A stretch of 64,000 bases of DNA from Planctomycetota bacterium (lineage in GTDB: Bacteria > Planctomycetota > UBA1135 > UBA2386). Below, piece after piece: positions 9,778 to 19,703 of this stretch. Position 1 is the stretch's first letter. Each line of letters begins with the position of its first letter. The notes under the pieces are model-generated. The model was not told the DNA's origin. It saw nothing but the letters and a program-made list of their open reading frames with translations, and ran no database searches. The DNA lies in assembly GCA_965228735.1 (NCBI GenBank), contig OZ245838.1:5408001-5472000 (forward strand), read 5' to 3'. A program made the translations under genes and the position numbers.

Positions 9778-9805
9778 ATTTCGGCACACTGCGGGATGTC
9801 CTTGA
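9778..9805 (-). promoter_or_regulatory. Putative sigma28 promoter (TCAAG-N15-GCCGAAAT)
   Basis: Same architecture as the motifs before fliD, fliC and motA; about 40 nt upstream of ATG 9736. Confidence 0.6.
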
Positions 9806-9894
9806 TCGTGCGGTCTCGGGACGAGACCGCGTGGCGGTGCGATTGGGTCAAGGCGAGACAGTCGGGTGACCGATGCGGCGGTGGAGGATCGCCC

Positions 9895-11076
9895 ATGGCA
9901 TTGCGACTTGCGGGGGGCCTGCTGGCCCTGTTGCTCACTTCTTCTTGGCTGTCGGCGCAGACTGCGCTCGTGCCCGCGCTCCTCAACGGCGTGGAGGGCG
10001 GCTTCAGCTCGAACGTGCCGTTCGGCAGCACGCAGGCCTGCCGCTACCAGGTGATCGTCGACGCCCAAGAGCTGCCGTGGGCCGGGCCGCGGCAGATCAA
10101 CGGCATCGCCCTGCGCGCGGACAACGGGTCGCCGGGCAGCGCGGGGCCGGGCTATCCGGCCAAGGGCTTCCTCAACGTCTCCATCTGGATGTCGACGACG
10201 CATGCGACCGCGGCGACGGCGAGCGGCGTGTTCGAAGACAACTGGGGCGAGGACGTGCAGAACGTCCTGTTCAATCATCCGGTGCAGTTGCCGGCTCAGC
10301 CCGCAGTCGCTGCTGGACCGCGGCCGGCCGACGTGACGTTCCAGTTCACGAATCCGTGGTGGTACGGTTTGACTCCCGCGCGGCCGAACAAGCCCGCGCC
10401 GACGAGCCTGTTGATCGAAATCCTCGTGCTCTCGCAGCCGAGCGGCGCCTACCCGCTCGACAACCTCGGCGGCTGCATCTCGCCGCAGACGACGTTCGGT
10501 AACCAGGGGCCGCTGTGCGCGGATACGAGCCTCCCACCGCCGTCGATGAGCGGTGACGTCTCGATGTCCGCCGGTGGCGTCTACAACTGGTTCGTCCACG
10601 ACTTGCCCCCGGACGCGCCGTACATCGTCGCGTTCAACCTCACGAGCCAGGGCATGCTGTTCGGCGACCCGGCGTTCACGCTGCCGTATCCGATGTTCGA
10701 TCCGCAGAACCCGTCGCAGCCGTCCGCGGCGCTCACGGTATTGCAGTGGTCGGCTCCCGACTGCTGGATCAACATCGATCCGCGCGTGACGGTCTTCGGG
10801 CTCGCGGACAGCAACGGGCTCGGCACCATGCCGACGCCGCTGCCGCCGGGGCGGGAGTACGTCGGGCTCGAGGTGTTCGCGCAGGCGTTCGCGGTCTCGC
10901 TGACGGCCAACCAACTGCAGACGATCTCGACCCCGGGGATGAGCGCGACGGTGTGCGGCCCGCTCGGGGTCAGCCGGATCTTCGCGTTCTACAACGGCTC
11001 GGGCGTGCCGGTGCCCGCGCCGCCGTCCACCGGCTCCGTCCAATACGGTCTCGGTCCGGTCTTCGAGGTCCTGTAG
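9895..11076 (+). CDS. Secreted hypothetical protein (paralog-like to 61770-62912)
   Basis: GGAGG RBS; signal peptide ending LSA-Q; Pro/Gly-rich; internal Q...ST motif similar to the shared CTD. Confidence 0.78.
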   Translation: MALRLAGGLLALLLTSSWLSAQTALVPALLNGVEGGFSSNVPFGSTQACRYQVIVDAQELPWAGPRQINGIALRADNGSPGSAGPGYPAKGFLNVSIWMSTTHATAATASGVFEDNWGEDVQNVLFNHPVQLPAQPAVAAGPRPADVTFQFTNPWWYGLTPARPNKPAPTSLLIEILVLSQPSGAYPLDNLGGCISPQTTFGNQGPLCADTSLPPPSMSGDVSMSAGGVYNWFVHDLPPDAPYIVAFNLTSQGMLFGDPAFTLPYPMFDPQNPSQPSAALTVLQWSAPDCWINIDPRVTVFGLADSNGLGTMPTPLPPGREYVGLEVFAQAFAVSLTANQLQTISTPGMSATVCGPLGVSRIFAFYNGSGVPVPAPPSTGSVQYGLGPVFEVL

Positions 11077-11156
11077 ATCGGCGTTCGGGTAGATCCCCGT
11101 TCGAGGGCGTCACCCCTTGTGCGGAGGGGGGCAGCGGCCGATGCTGTTCGCCCCAA

Positions 11157-12077
11157 ATGAAGATCTTCCTCTGCCGTCCCCGCGGATTCTGTGCCGGTGT
11201 CGAGCGGGCGATCGAGACCGTCGAGCGCGCTCTCGACAAGTTCGGTCGACCCGTCTACGTCCGTCACGAGATCGTGCACAACAAGGTCGTCGTCGACGAC
11301 CTCGTGGAAAAGGGCGCGATCTTCGTCGACGACCTCGCCGAGGTGCCGCAGGACGGTCATGTGATCTTCAGCGCGCATGGTGTGGCCCCGCTCGTCTTCG
11401 AGCAGGCCGACCGGCTGCAGCTGCACGCGATCGACGCGACCTGCCCGCTCGTGACCAAGGTGCACATGGAGGCGCGGCAGTTCGCGGCGAAGAGCTTCAC
11501 GATTCTGCTGATCGGGCACGCCGATCATGTCGAGGTCGAAGGCGTGGTCGGCGAAGCGCCGGACAGGATCCAGGTGGTCGCGGATGCGCGCGAGGCCGAG
11601 CAGGTCCAGGTGGAGGATCCGGAGCGCGTCGCCGTGCTCACGCAGACGACGTTGAGTGTCGATGAGGCGACCGTCGTGATGGACGTGCTGCGGCGGCGCT
11701 TCCCGGCGTTGCAGACGCCGCGCAAGGAGGACATCTGCTATGCGACGACCAACCGTCAGATGGCCGTGAAGAGCCTGCGCGGCGAGGTCGACGCCTGGCT
11801 CGTGATCGGCGACCGCATGAGCAGCAACAGCAACCGACTGCGCGAGATCGGTGCGAGCTCAGGCGTGCCGGCCTACATGGTGCTCGGCCCGGATGAGATC
11901 GACCCCGCCTGGTTCGAGGGCGTGGCGCAGGTCGGTGTGACGTCGGGCGCGAGCACGCCCGAGAGCAGCGTCCGAGCCGTTGTCGAACGGCTGCGTGGCC
12001 TCGGTGCGACCACGGTCGAAGAGGTCGACGGCATCCACGAGACCGTGGAGTTCAGCCTGCCGGCCCAGGTCCGGTGA
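11157..12077 (+). CDS. ispH: 4-hydroxy-3-methylbut-2-enyl diphosphate reductase
   Basis: PRGFCAGV, HEIVHN, DATCPLV, DICYATTNRQ, SSNSNRL, GASTP. Confidence 0.97.
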   Translation: MKIFLCRPRGFCAGVERAIETVERALDKFGRPVYVRHEIVHNKVVVDDLVEKGAIFVDDLAEVPQDGHVIFSAHGVAPLVFEQADRLQLHAIDATCPLVTKVHMEARQFAAKSFTILLIGHADHVEVEGVVGEAPDRIQVVADAREAEQVQVEDPERVAVLTQTTLSVDEATVVMDVLRRRFPALQTPRKEDICYATTNRQMAVKSLRGEVDAWLVIGDRMSSNSNRLREIGASSGVPAYMVLGPDEIDPAWFEGVAQVGVTSGASTPESSVRAVVERLRGLGATTVEEVDGIHETVEFSLPAQVR

Positions 12078-12147
12078 TCGGGTCGCTGCGCGGTCTGGTG
12101 ATCGGTCCGGTGGGTGCGGCCGCCGGTTCACTCGCGGAGTTCGGCGC

Positions 12148-13797
12148 GTGAAGATCGCGATCTGTCAGATCGACACGACGGTCGGCGACTTCGACGGCAA
12201 CGCGCAGCGCATCGTGGAGTTTGCGCAACGGGCGGCCGAGCGCGGCGCCGAGCTCGCGCTGTTTCCCGAGCTCGCGGTCTGTGGGTATCCGCCCGAGGAC
12301 CTGTTGCTGCGGCCGGCGTTCAAAGAACGGCACGACCAGGCGCTGGCCGAGATCGCGCGGTCACTGCCGGCGGAGCTGCCCGTCCTGCTCGGCTGCCTCG
12401 AATCCACTGCCACCGCGGGCAAGGGGGCGCGGGCCCTGCACAACGCGGTCGCGCTCTGCCAGGGCGGCGATTGCCGGATCGTGGCTCGCAAGTCGCTGCT
12501 GCCGACCTACGAGGTGTTCGACGAGGCGCGCTACTTCGAGCCCTGGCGGGCGCCGGAGCAGAACGTCGTCGAACTCGGCGGCCTGCGCATCGGCGTCGTG
12601 ATCTGCGAGGACGGCTGGAACGACTCCGAGTTCTTCGAGAGCCGCATCTACGACAGTGATCCGGTGGAAAAGATCGTCCAGGCCGGCGCCGAGCTCGTCG
12701 TCAACCTGAGCGCGAGCCCGTGGTCGGCCGGCAAGCTGACGTTCCGCGGTGCGATGGTCGAGGCGGCGTCGCGGCGGCACGGCGTGCCGATGATCTATGT
12801 GAACCTCGTCGGCGGCGACGTGCATCTCCAGTTCGACGGCGGATCGATCGCGGTCAAGCCGACCGGGCTCGCGTTCGAGCCGGTCGCGTTCGAGGAGACG
12901 CTCGAGATCGTGGACACGACCGCAGAGTGGACCACGACCGTGCGACCGCGACCGGTCGAGCAGCAACATCACGGCGCGATCGTGCAGGGCATCTCCGACT
13001 ACGTGCGGAAGTTCGGCTTCCAGCGCGTGCTCGTCGGACTCTCGGGCGGGATCGACTCGGCACTCGTCGCGACGCTGGCGGTCGACGCGCTCGGTCCCGA
13101 GAACGTCACCGGCATCGCGATGCCGTCGAGCTTCTCGAGCCAGCACAGCGTCGATGATGCGCGCGACCTCGCAACCAATCTCGGCATCGAGTTCCACGTT
13201 CTGGGCATCGCCGAGTTGCAGTCCGCGTTCGATGCCGTGCTCGCGCCGGTCTTCGGCGACGACCGGTTCGGCGTCGCGGAGGAGAACCTGCAGTCGCGGA
13301 TTCGCGGCACCCTGCTCATGGCGTACGCCAACAAGCACGGTCACCTGTTGCTCACGACTGGCAACAAGAGCGAGACGGCCATCGGCTACTGCACGCTCTA
13401 CGGCGACACCAACGGGGCCATCGCGCCGATCGCGGATCTGTGGAAGACCGAGGTGTGGGCGCTCGCGCGTTGGCTCAACCGCGATGGGGTCCGGATTCCG
13501 GAGAATTCGATCCGGAAACCGCCGTCAGCGGAGCTGCGACCCGATCAGCTCGATACCGACAGCCTGCCGCCGTACGACGAGCTCGATCCCGTCCTGCACG
13601 CGCTGGTGGTCGAGCATCGCACGGTTGCGGAGACGGCGGCTCGAACCGGGATGGCGCGCGACGCCGTGGCGCGGATCGAGCGGCTGATCCAGAACGCCGA
13701 GTTCAAGCGCTACCAGTACGCGCCGACGTTGCGGCTCAGCGAGCGTTGCTGGAGCGGTCGACGCATGCCGGTTTCCCATCGTTTTCGCGACGCGTGA
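12148..13797 (+). CDS. nadE: Glutamine-dependent NAD+ synthetase
   Basis: Nitrilase domain (FPEL, GYPPED, ICED) plus GLSGGIDS, ENLQSRIRG, TGNKSE, PSAELRPDQ. Confidence 0.96.
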   Translation: MKIAICQIDTTVGDFDGNAQRIVEFAQRAAERGAELALFPELAVCGYPPEDLLLRPAFKERHDQALAEIARSLPAELPVLLGCLESTATAGKGARALHNAVALCQGGDCRIVARKSLLPTYEVFDEARYFEPWRAPEQNVVELGGLRIGVVICEDGWNDSEFFESRIYDSDPVEKIVQAGAELVVNLSASPWSAGKLTFRGAMVEAASRRHGVPMIYVNLVGGDVHLQFDGGSIAVKPTGLAFEPVAFEETLEIVDTTAEWTTTVRPRPVEQQHHGAIVQGISDYVRKFGFQRVLVGLSGGIDSALVATLAVDALGPENVTGIAMPSSFSSQHSVDDARDLATNLGIEFHVLGIAELQSAFDAVLAPVFGDDRFGVAEENLQSRIRGTLLMAYANKHGHLLLTTGNKSETAIGYCTLYGDTNGAIAPIADLWKTEVWALARWLNRDGVRIPENSIRKPPSAELRPDQLDTDSLPPYDELDPVLHALVVEHRTVAETAARTGMARDAVARIERLIQNAEFKRYQYAPTLRLSERCWSGRRMPVSHRFRDA

Positions 13798-13810
13798 GCG
13801 GCTGCCCACG

Positions 13811-14755
13811 ATGGCGCGAGTCGTGGTGGTGGGCGCGGGGGTCATCGGCTCGACGACCGCCGCTAGATTGCTCGAGGCCGGCCACGATGTGGAGGTCTGG
13901 CACCGCGACGATCACGCCGACACGACCTCGGCGGTAGCTGCGGCGATCTGGTATCCCTACCTCGCGGAGCCGCGTGCGCGGGTCCTGGCGTGGAGCCGCG
14001 CCACCCACGAACGACTGCTCGAGCTCGCGCGCGACTCCGCCACCGGGGTGGTCTTGCAGGACGTGGTCGAGCTGTTCGCCGTCCCGGACCCCGACCTGTC
14101 CTGGCTGCCATCGACCGTGGCGCTCGAACGCATCGCTCCGGAGCCGTTCGGTGCGCGCTACCGGTCCGCGGTGCGAATGCAGCTGCCGATCTGTGACACG
14201 GTTACCTACCTGCCCTGGCTCCGTGCGCGCATCGCAAGGCTCGGCGGTCGGTTCGAAAGGCGCGCGGTGACCGACTTGTCGGCGCCGCTCGCGGCGGCCG
14301 AACTGGTCGTCAACTGCGCCGGCCTCGGCGCGCGTGAGCTGTGTGCCGACACCGCGCTCGTTGGCGTTCGCGGGCAGGTCGTGCACGCCGAGCGTGTGGA
14401 CCTGCCGTTTGCCCTCATCGACGACACCGATCCCGAGCAGCCCGTCTACGTCTTGCCGCGCAACGGTGACATCGTGCTCGGCGGCAGCGCGCGTCATGGT
14501 GACGAGCGCACCGCCGACGATCCCGAGGAGACCGCCGCGATCCGCGAAGCGTGCGGGCGACGCGTGCCTGCTGTTCGAGACGCAGCGACGATACGTGCGC
14601 GGGCGGGACTGCGGCCGTTCCGGGCCGAGGTCAGACTCGAGCCCGAGCCGGGCGAACCGCGGCTGTGCCACAACTACGGTCACGGCGGTTCGGGATTCAC
14701 CATGGCATGGGGTTGTGCGGACGAGGTCTCTGCCTGGGCGAAAACCGTGCGGTAG
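13811..14755 (+). CDS. FAD-dependent oxidoreductase, D-amino acid oxidase family
   Basis: GAGVIG, VNCAGLGA, RGQV, GLRP, HNYGHGGSG...WGCA. Confidence 0.9.
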   Translation: MARVVVVGAGVIGSTTAARLLEAGHDVEVWHRDDHADTTSAVAAAIWYPYLAEPRARVLAWSRATHERLLELARDSATGVVLQDVVELFAVPDPDLSWLPSTVALERIAPEPFGARYRSAVRMQLPICDTVTYLPWLRARIARLGGRFERRAVTDLSAPLAAAELVVNCAGLGARELCADTALVGVRGQVVHAERVDLPFALIDDTDPEQPVYVLPRNGDIVLGGSARHGDERTADDPEETAAIREACGRRVPAVRDAATIRARAGLRPFRAEVRLEPEPGEPRLCHNYGHGGSGFTMAWGCADEVSAWAKTVR

Positions 14756-14767
14756 GCTTCTCCACGG

Positions 14768-15586
14768 ATGAAGCAGAGACCCCGATCACATCGCGGTGGG
14801 GACGCGCCGACGCTGCTCGAACGCGTGGACCTCGCCCTCGCCACCCAGCTCGTCGCGCGTGACGTGGCGGAGGACGATGCCGACGCCGGCGACGCCATTG
14901 CCTCGGCGCAGCGGGTCTTCGACGAAGTGCGGCGGCCCAGCGATTCGGACGCCGGGTTCGTCGCGGCGCTCCTGCGATTGCGCGGGTTCGTCGTCGACGA
15001 CCTCGACGCTCGCAACGTCCTCACCGGTAGCCCGGGTCGCCTGCAGCCGATGAACCAGGAGTATCGGATGGTCTGCGGCCTCGCCGCGGCGGTTCGCATG
15101 GTGCGGGAGCAGGCCGCGGCCGGTGCAGCGCCGGACGGTTGGTTCGCGGTCGAACTGTGGAAGCTGCTGACCGCCGAACTGCCGCGCTTCCGCAACAACG
15201 AGATTCGGCGCGGCGCGCCGTGGGACTCGGTCCTCTACGTGACGTATCCGAAGCCCGACCAGCTGCGCTACCTGCTCGACACGTTCGACGAACGTCACCA
15301 CTATCGGGACAACCCGATGGTGTTCGGCGGCCTCCACCCGGTGCGGCAAGGCTTCCGCATCATGTGGCGCTTTGCGCGGATCGCGCCGTTCCCGGACTTC
15401 AACGGCGTGCTCGGTTGGTTGCTGATGACGCACTGGCTGCTGCTCAAGGGCTACCCGATGCTGCAACCGGTTGCCCCGGACCAGGTGATGCTCGCCCGGC
15501 TGCTCGGCGGGCCGCCACCGACCCGCATCGTGCAGTTCGAGGCGCGCCTGCTCGACGTCGTGGGGCAGCTGCAGAGTGCCGGCTAG
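14768..15586 (+). CDS. Fic/DOC-like protein with degenerate catalytic motif
   Basis: HPVRQ...FARIAPFPDFNGVLGWLL...GYP aligns with the Fic core HPFxDGNGRxxR...GYP. Confidence 0.65.
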   Translation: MKQRPRSHRGGDAPTLLERVDLALATQLVARDVAEDDADAGDAIASAQRVFDEVRRPSDSDAGFVAALLRLRGFVVDDLDARNVLTGSPGRLQPMNQEYRMVCGLAAAVRMVREQAAAGAAPDGWFAVELWKLLTAELPRFRNNEIRRGAPWDSVLYVTYPKPDQLRYLLDTFDERHHYRDNPMVFGGLHPVRQGFRIMWRFARIAPFPDFNGVLGWLLMTHWLLLKGYPMLQPVAPDQVMLARLLGGPPPTRIVQFEARLLDVVGQLQSAG

Positions 15587-15618
15587 CACCCAGTTTTCGG
15601 AGTCGTCGCGCCGAACCG

Positions 15619-16392
15619 TTACGAGGCTGGCCGGATAGCTCGAACGAAACCGAGCGGGATGTGCGTGCGGCCGTCGAGCTCGAGCTGATCGAAGTCGATG
15701 TTCGTCAGCTCGCCGGTCTGCGGCTCGCTCGTCGTGACCTCGACCGACCGGCCGAGAAGGCCGAGTCGATCGCGGAACAGCGCGAGCAGTTCGGGCGCGT
15801 CGCCAGCGCCCAGCTCGGTCAGCATCGCGTCGACGCTGCGGGCCACTGCGATCAGCAGCAGTTCGCGATCGATCGGCAACCCGGTTTGCAGCGCGAGTGA
15901 GGTGGCGCTGGCCTCGAGGTCCGGCGGGAACCGCACCCGATTGCAGTTGATGCCGACACCGACGAGGTGGGTGTCGGGCGCGATCGCCCCCGAGTCGATC
16001 AGCATGCCCGCGAGCTTCTGGTCACCGCGGTAGAGGTCATTGGGCCATTTGATCCGCGGTCGACACGAGCTGGCGGTCTCGATCGCGCGCAGCACCGTCG
16101 CGGGCAGGGCCGCCGGCAGTCTGGCGGCGAGGCGCGCGTGGGCGGTCGGCACGATGCGGACCCGGAAGGTGACGAGCAGGTCGGCGCCCGGTTCGTCGTG
16201 CCATTCGCGCTGCTTCCGGCCACGGCCCGAGTCCTGGTGATCCGTGCAGAAGACCGCGTCCGTCACCGCGTCCCCGTTGGTCCGCGCGTCCCGCAGGGCC
16301 AGGTCCTGTGTCGAAGAACACGACACTTCGTGAACGACGCGTCGAAACCGCGTGGAGCCGAGCAGGGCGTCTTCGATTCGGTCGAGGTCCAT
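15619..16392 (-). CDS. birA: Biotin--protein ligase (no N-terminal HTH)
   Basis: SSTQD, QDSGRGRKQREW, IKWPNDL, KLAGML, GVGINC. Confidence 0.9.
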   Translation of the reverse strand: MDLDRIEDALLGSTRFRRVVHEVSCSSTQDLALRDARTNGDAVTDAVFCTDHQDSGRGRKQREWHDEPGADLLVTFRVRIVPTAHARLAARLPAALPATVLRAIETASSCRPRIKWPNDLYRGDQKLAGMLIDSGAIAPDTHLVGVGINCNRVRFPPDLEASATSLALQTGLPIDRELLLIAVARSVDAMLTELGAGDAPELLALFRDRLGLLGRSVEVTTSEPQTGELTNIDFDQLELDGRTHIPLGFVRAIRPAS

Positions 16393-16497
16393 GACGAGGG
16401 GGGCGCCAACTCCCGACATCATCGCGCACTGAAGTTCCTGGTCCAGTTCTGCCGATGCTCCTTGGAGCACGTGCGGAGAGGCGCGTTGCGGCAAAGG

Positions 16498-19038
16498 ATG
16501 AACGACTGCGGCGACAATCTGCCGATTGGGTTTCAGGGCCCCGTGAACGCGTGGAGCGGCCTCGTGCCGACTGCGCGTCGGTCGCTGCGTCTGCCCGTCG
16601 ATGGACGTTCGACGGCCGGTATCGCGGATCGCGTCGAGCCTGCCGCCAAGCCGGCGTGCCAAGAACCGGCGCCCAGAGAAAGTGCGGACGAGCCGTTGGA
16701 CCTGATCGAGGTCCAGGCCTTGACCGAGAGCATGGGGCGGGTCGAGGACGCCCTGCGCGGGTTCGCCGGGCGGCTCGCAGAAGGCGGCACGCTGCTGCTC
16801 GACGTCGAGAATCTGCAGTCGATGCGGTCGCTGCGCCTCGTTCTCGAGGGGCGGCCTGGCTCGTTCGATCCGGCCGGCAGCTCCGACGATCCATCACAGG
16901 CACTGGCCGCAAAGCGCGTTCTCGCGGCCTGCGCCGCGGCGGGCCTCCTCGTGCGTGACATCATCGCCGTCCCAGCCGGTCGTGAGCACTACGATGTCGG
17001 GCTGACCCACGACATGTTCGCTCGTGGCTTGCTGCCGATCGAGTGGCTCGCGGGAGCACCGCCGGCGCGCTATTGGCTCGTTTGCGAGCGCCGTCGCGCG
17101 CTCGGCGGGTCGGTCGTGATTGCCGGCGGTTCGCGGGCGGAGCAGGATCGCACCGAGTCGGCCGTGCGCCGGTTCCTGCCCGACGACTGGGAGATCCGTC
17201 GGTCGGAGGCGCATCGCGAGTGCGCGCAATGGAATCGCGGTATCGCTGACGCGCGCGGCGAACTGCTCTGGTTCTTGCGCGGCGGTTCGGAGCCGACCGC
17301 CGAGCTGTTCGCGGCGATGAACGCACGCGCGGGTGTTGGTGCCGTGACTCCGGGGCAGGGTGGCGAGCCCATCGACCCGGGCGACCTCGCCGGTGTCATG
17401 ATGCCGCGCACGGATGCGTTGCTCGTGGGACCGTTGCCCGAGAACGTCCGCAACACGCCCGTCGCGCTCGAAGAGCACATGATGCGACTCGGCGCGAAAC
17501 TGCCCGCGGTGCACGCGATCGAGTTCGCATGGCGGTCGCCGCCCGCGCAACCCGAAGCTCCCGAGGTGTTCGCCGCGGAGGCCGAGGCGCTCGTCCAGCG
17601 TTGGCAGCCGCTCGAGAAGTCGACCAGCGGGGAGCGGGCCGAGGCTCCGGTCAGTGTGCCTGACTGCGAAACCGGTTCACGCGCGCCGTGCCCGTGGACC
17701 GGCCGCCGGCCTCGCGTCTCGCTCTGCATGATCGCGCGCGACGAAGAACGGTTCTTGCCGGAGTGCCTCGAGCGGGCCCGCGCCGCAGTGGACGAGATCA
17801 TCGTCGTGGACACCGGGTCCACGGATCGGACCGTGGCCATCGCGGAGTCGTTCGGCGCCAAGGTCATCCACGAACCCTGGCAGGATGATTTCTCCGCCCC
17901 CCGCAACACCGCGATCGCGGCAGCGACGGGCGATTGGATCCTCGTGCTCGATGCCGATGAGTATCTGTTGCCGGGCGGTCCCGCCCGCATCCGAGACCTC
18001 GTCGAGAACGCCGAGGTCTCGGGCTACCACCTGCACTTCACCAACATCTACAGCAGCGGCAAGACGCTCGGCGTGATGATGGTGCGGCTGTTCCGCAACC
18101 TGCCGGGTCTCGCATATCAGAACGTGATCCACGAGCAGGTGACGCCGAGTCTCCAGCGCGAAGGCGCACGGCGTGGCCTGATTCTCAGCCAGGCGGACGT
18201 CGAGGTGGAGCATCACGGCTACGCCGACGAGATCATGGACGCGCGTTCGAAGAACGAGCGCAACGAACGGCTGTTCAAGAAGCAGATGTCGCAGGCGCCC
18301 GACGACATCTACACGCACTACAAGTACGGCGACTTCCTGCGGCGCGTCCCGGGCCGTGGCGAGGATGCCCGCGCTCTGCTCGAGCGCTGCCTGGAACTGA
18401 TTCTCGCTGGCGCACCGTCGTTGCCGTCCGAGCTGCCCTATGCCGGTGAGGTCGCTGCGCTCTGCGCGCTGGAAACCGCGCGCCTCGGCCATATCGGCCA
18501 GGCCCGCGAGATTCTCGATATCGCTCTGCGCCGCTTCCTTCCGACGCCCAACCTCTTCTACCTGTCGGCGAGCATCGCGCTGAACGAAGGGCGCGCCGAA
18601 GATGCGATCACGCACTATCGGCGGTGCCTCGGCTACCGCGATCAGGTCCTCGTCGTTCCGATCCAGGAAGGCATCACGAGCTACGTGGCCCTGACCGGCA
18701 TCGCGCAGGCCTGGTTGCTGCGAGGCGACGATGAACGCGCGCAGCGCCTGCTCGAGCAAGCGATCGCGATCGAACCGGCATACGAGGTCGCGCACCTGGC
18801 GCTCTCCAAGCTGTGGCTCCAACGCGACCAACCACGTCAGGCACTGCAGGTGTTGACGGACTTCCTCGCCGAGCATCCGGAGTCGCCGGGCGCCTGCCAA
18901 CAAACCACGCTCATCCTGCATCGCCTGGGCCAGACGGACCAGGCGCGGCGGTTGGGCCGCCATGCCGTCAAGATGCTCGAGGCGAAGGCCCTCGAGCACG
19001 AGGCGGCAGAGATGAACCGCTTCCTGGCCGCGATCTAG
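16498..19038 (+). CDS. Glycosyltransferase family 2 with C-terminal TPRs and degenerate N-terminal domains
   Basis: SLCMIARDEE, VDTGSTD, DDFSAPRN, LDADE, IHEQ, HHGY, then TPRs; start position uncertain. Confidence 0.85.
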   Translation: MNDCGDNLPIGFQGPVNAWSGLVPTARRSLRLPVDGRSTAGIADRVEPAAKPACQEPAPRESADEPLDLIEVQALTESMGRVEDALRGFAGRLAEGGTLLLDVENLQSMRSLRLVLEGRPGSFDPAGSSDDPSQALAAKRVLAACAAAGLLVRDIIAVPAGREHYDVGLTHDMFARGLLPIEWLAGAPPARYWLVCERRRALGGSVVIAGGSRAEQDRTESAVRRFLPDDWEIRRSEAHRECAQWNRGIADARGELLWFLRGGSEPTAELFAAMNARAGVGAVTPGQGGEPIDPGDLAGVMMPRTDALLVGPLPENVRNTPVALEEHMMRLGAKLPAVHAIEFAWRSPPAQPEAPEVFAAEAEALVQRWQPLEKSTSGERAEAPVSVPDCETGSRAPCPWTGRRPRVSLCMIARDEERFLPECLERARAAVDEIIVVDTGSTDRTVAIAESFGAKVIHEPWQDDFSAPRNTAIAAATGDWILVLDADEYLLPGGPARIRDLVENAEVSGYHLHFTNIYSSGKTLGVMMVRLFRNLPGLAYQNVIHEQVTPSLQREGARRGLILSQADVEVEHHGYADEIMDARSKNERNERLFKKQMSQAPDDIYTHYKYGDFLRRVPGRGEDARALLERCLELILAGAPSLPSELPYAGEVAALCALETARLGHIGQAREILDIALRRFLPTPNLFYLSASIALNEGRAEDAITHYRRCLGYRDQVLVVPIQEGITSYVALTGIAQAWLLRGDDERAQRLLEQAIAIEPAYEVAHLALSKLWLQRDQPRQALQVLTDFLAEHPESPGACQQTTLILHRLGQTDQARRLGRHAVKMLEAKALEHEAAEMNRFLAAI

Positions 19039-19065
19039 CGGCGCTGTTTCCCGAAGGAGTAGACG

Positions 19066-19689
19066 ATGACCCAGACGATCCAGAACCCCGCGACCGAGCC
19101 GACGGCCAACCCGTCGCCGACCGGTTTCCAGAACATCCCGACGCGCATCAGCGACCTGCGTGAGGCCACGCCGCCGCTCGTCGTCGAGTCGAACGAGAAC
19201 AAGGACCTGATCTGCCAGAGCCTCGGCGAACTCAGTTCGCGGCTCGCGGACATCCACTGCACGGCGGCCGAGGCCTACATGTCGCAGGGCTCGTACGACC
19301 AGGCCCTGCCGCACATCGAGGCCGCCGCGACGTTCGCGACCGGCGACAACGACTGCCACATGCGATTGGGCTTCGTCCGCTACATCACGGGCGATGACTC
19401 CGGCGCGATCCAGGCGTTCAACGTCGCCCTCGCGGCCGACCCGAACAGCGCCGAGGGCTGGTTCAACCTCGGCATGGTGCTGTTCGGCCAGGAACAGTTC
19501 GCCGAGGCCGAGAACTGCTTCGGTCGTTCGCTCGCGATCGAGCCGGGCGACTCGCAGACCTGGAACAACCGCGGCGTCTGCCTCTGGCGCCTCGACAAGC
19601 AGGCCGACGCGAAGGCGTGCTTCGGCAAGGCGCTCGAGATCGACCCGAACGACGAAGACGCGATCTTCAACCTGCAGAACCTCGGCTGA
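19066..19689 (+). CDS. Tetratricopeptide repeat protein
   Basis: AAGGAG RBS; TPR motifs (WFNLGMV, TWNNRGV, KALEIDPN). Confidence 0.9.
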   Translation: MTQTIQNPATEPTANPSPTGFQNIPTRISDLREATPPLVVESNENKDLICQSLGELSSRLADIHCTAAEAYMSQGSYDQALPHIEAAATFATGDNDCHMRLGFVRYITGDDSGAIQAFNVALAADPNSAEGWFNLGMVLFGQEQFAEAENCFGRSLAIEPGDSQTWNNRGVCLWRLDKQADAKACFGKALEIDPNDEDAIFNLQNLG

Positions 19690-19703
19690 TCGGCGACCGA
19701 GCT

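Noticed and set aside
15967..16497. 1023-aa version of the glycosyltransferase
   Set aside because: The first part overlaps birA on the opposite strand.
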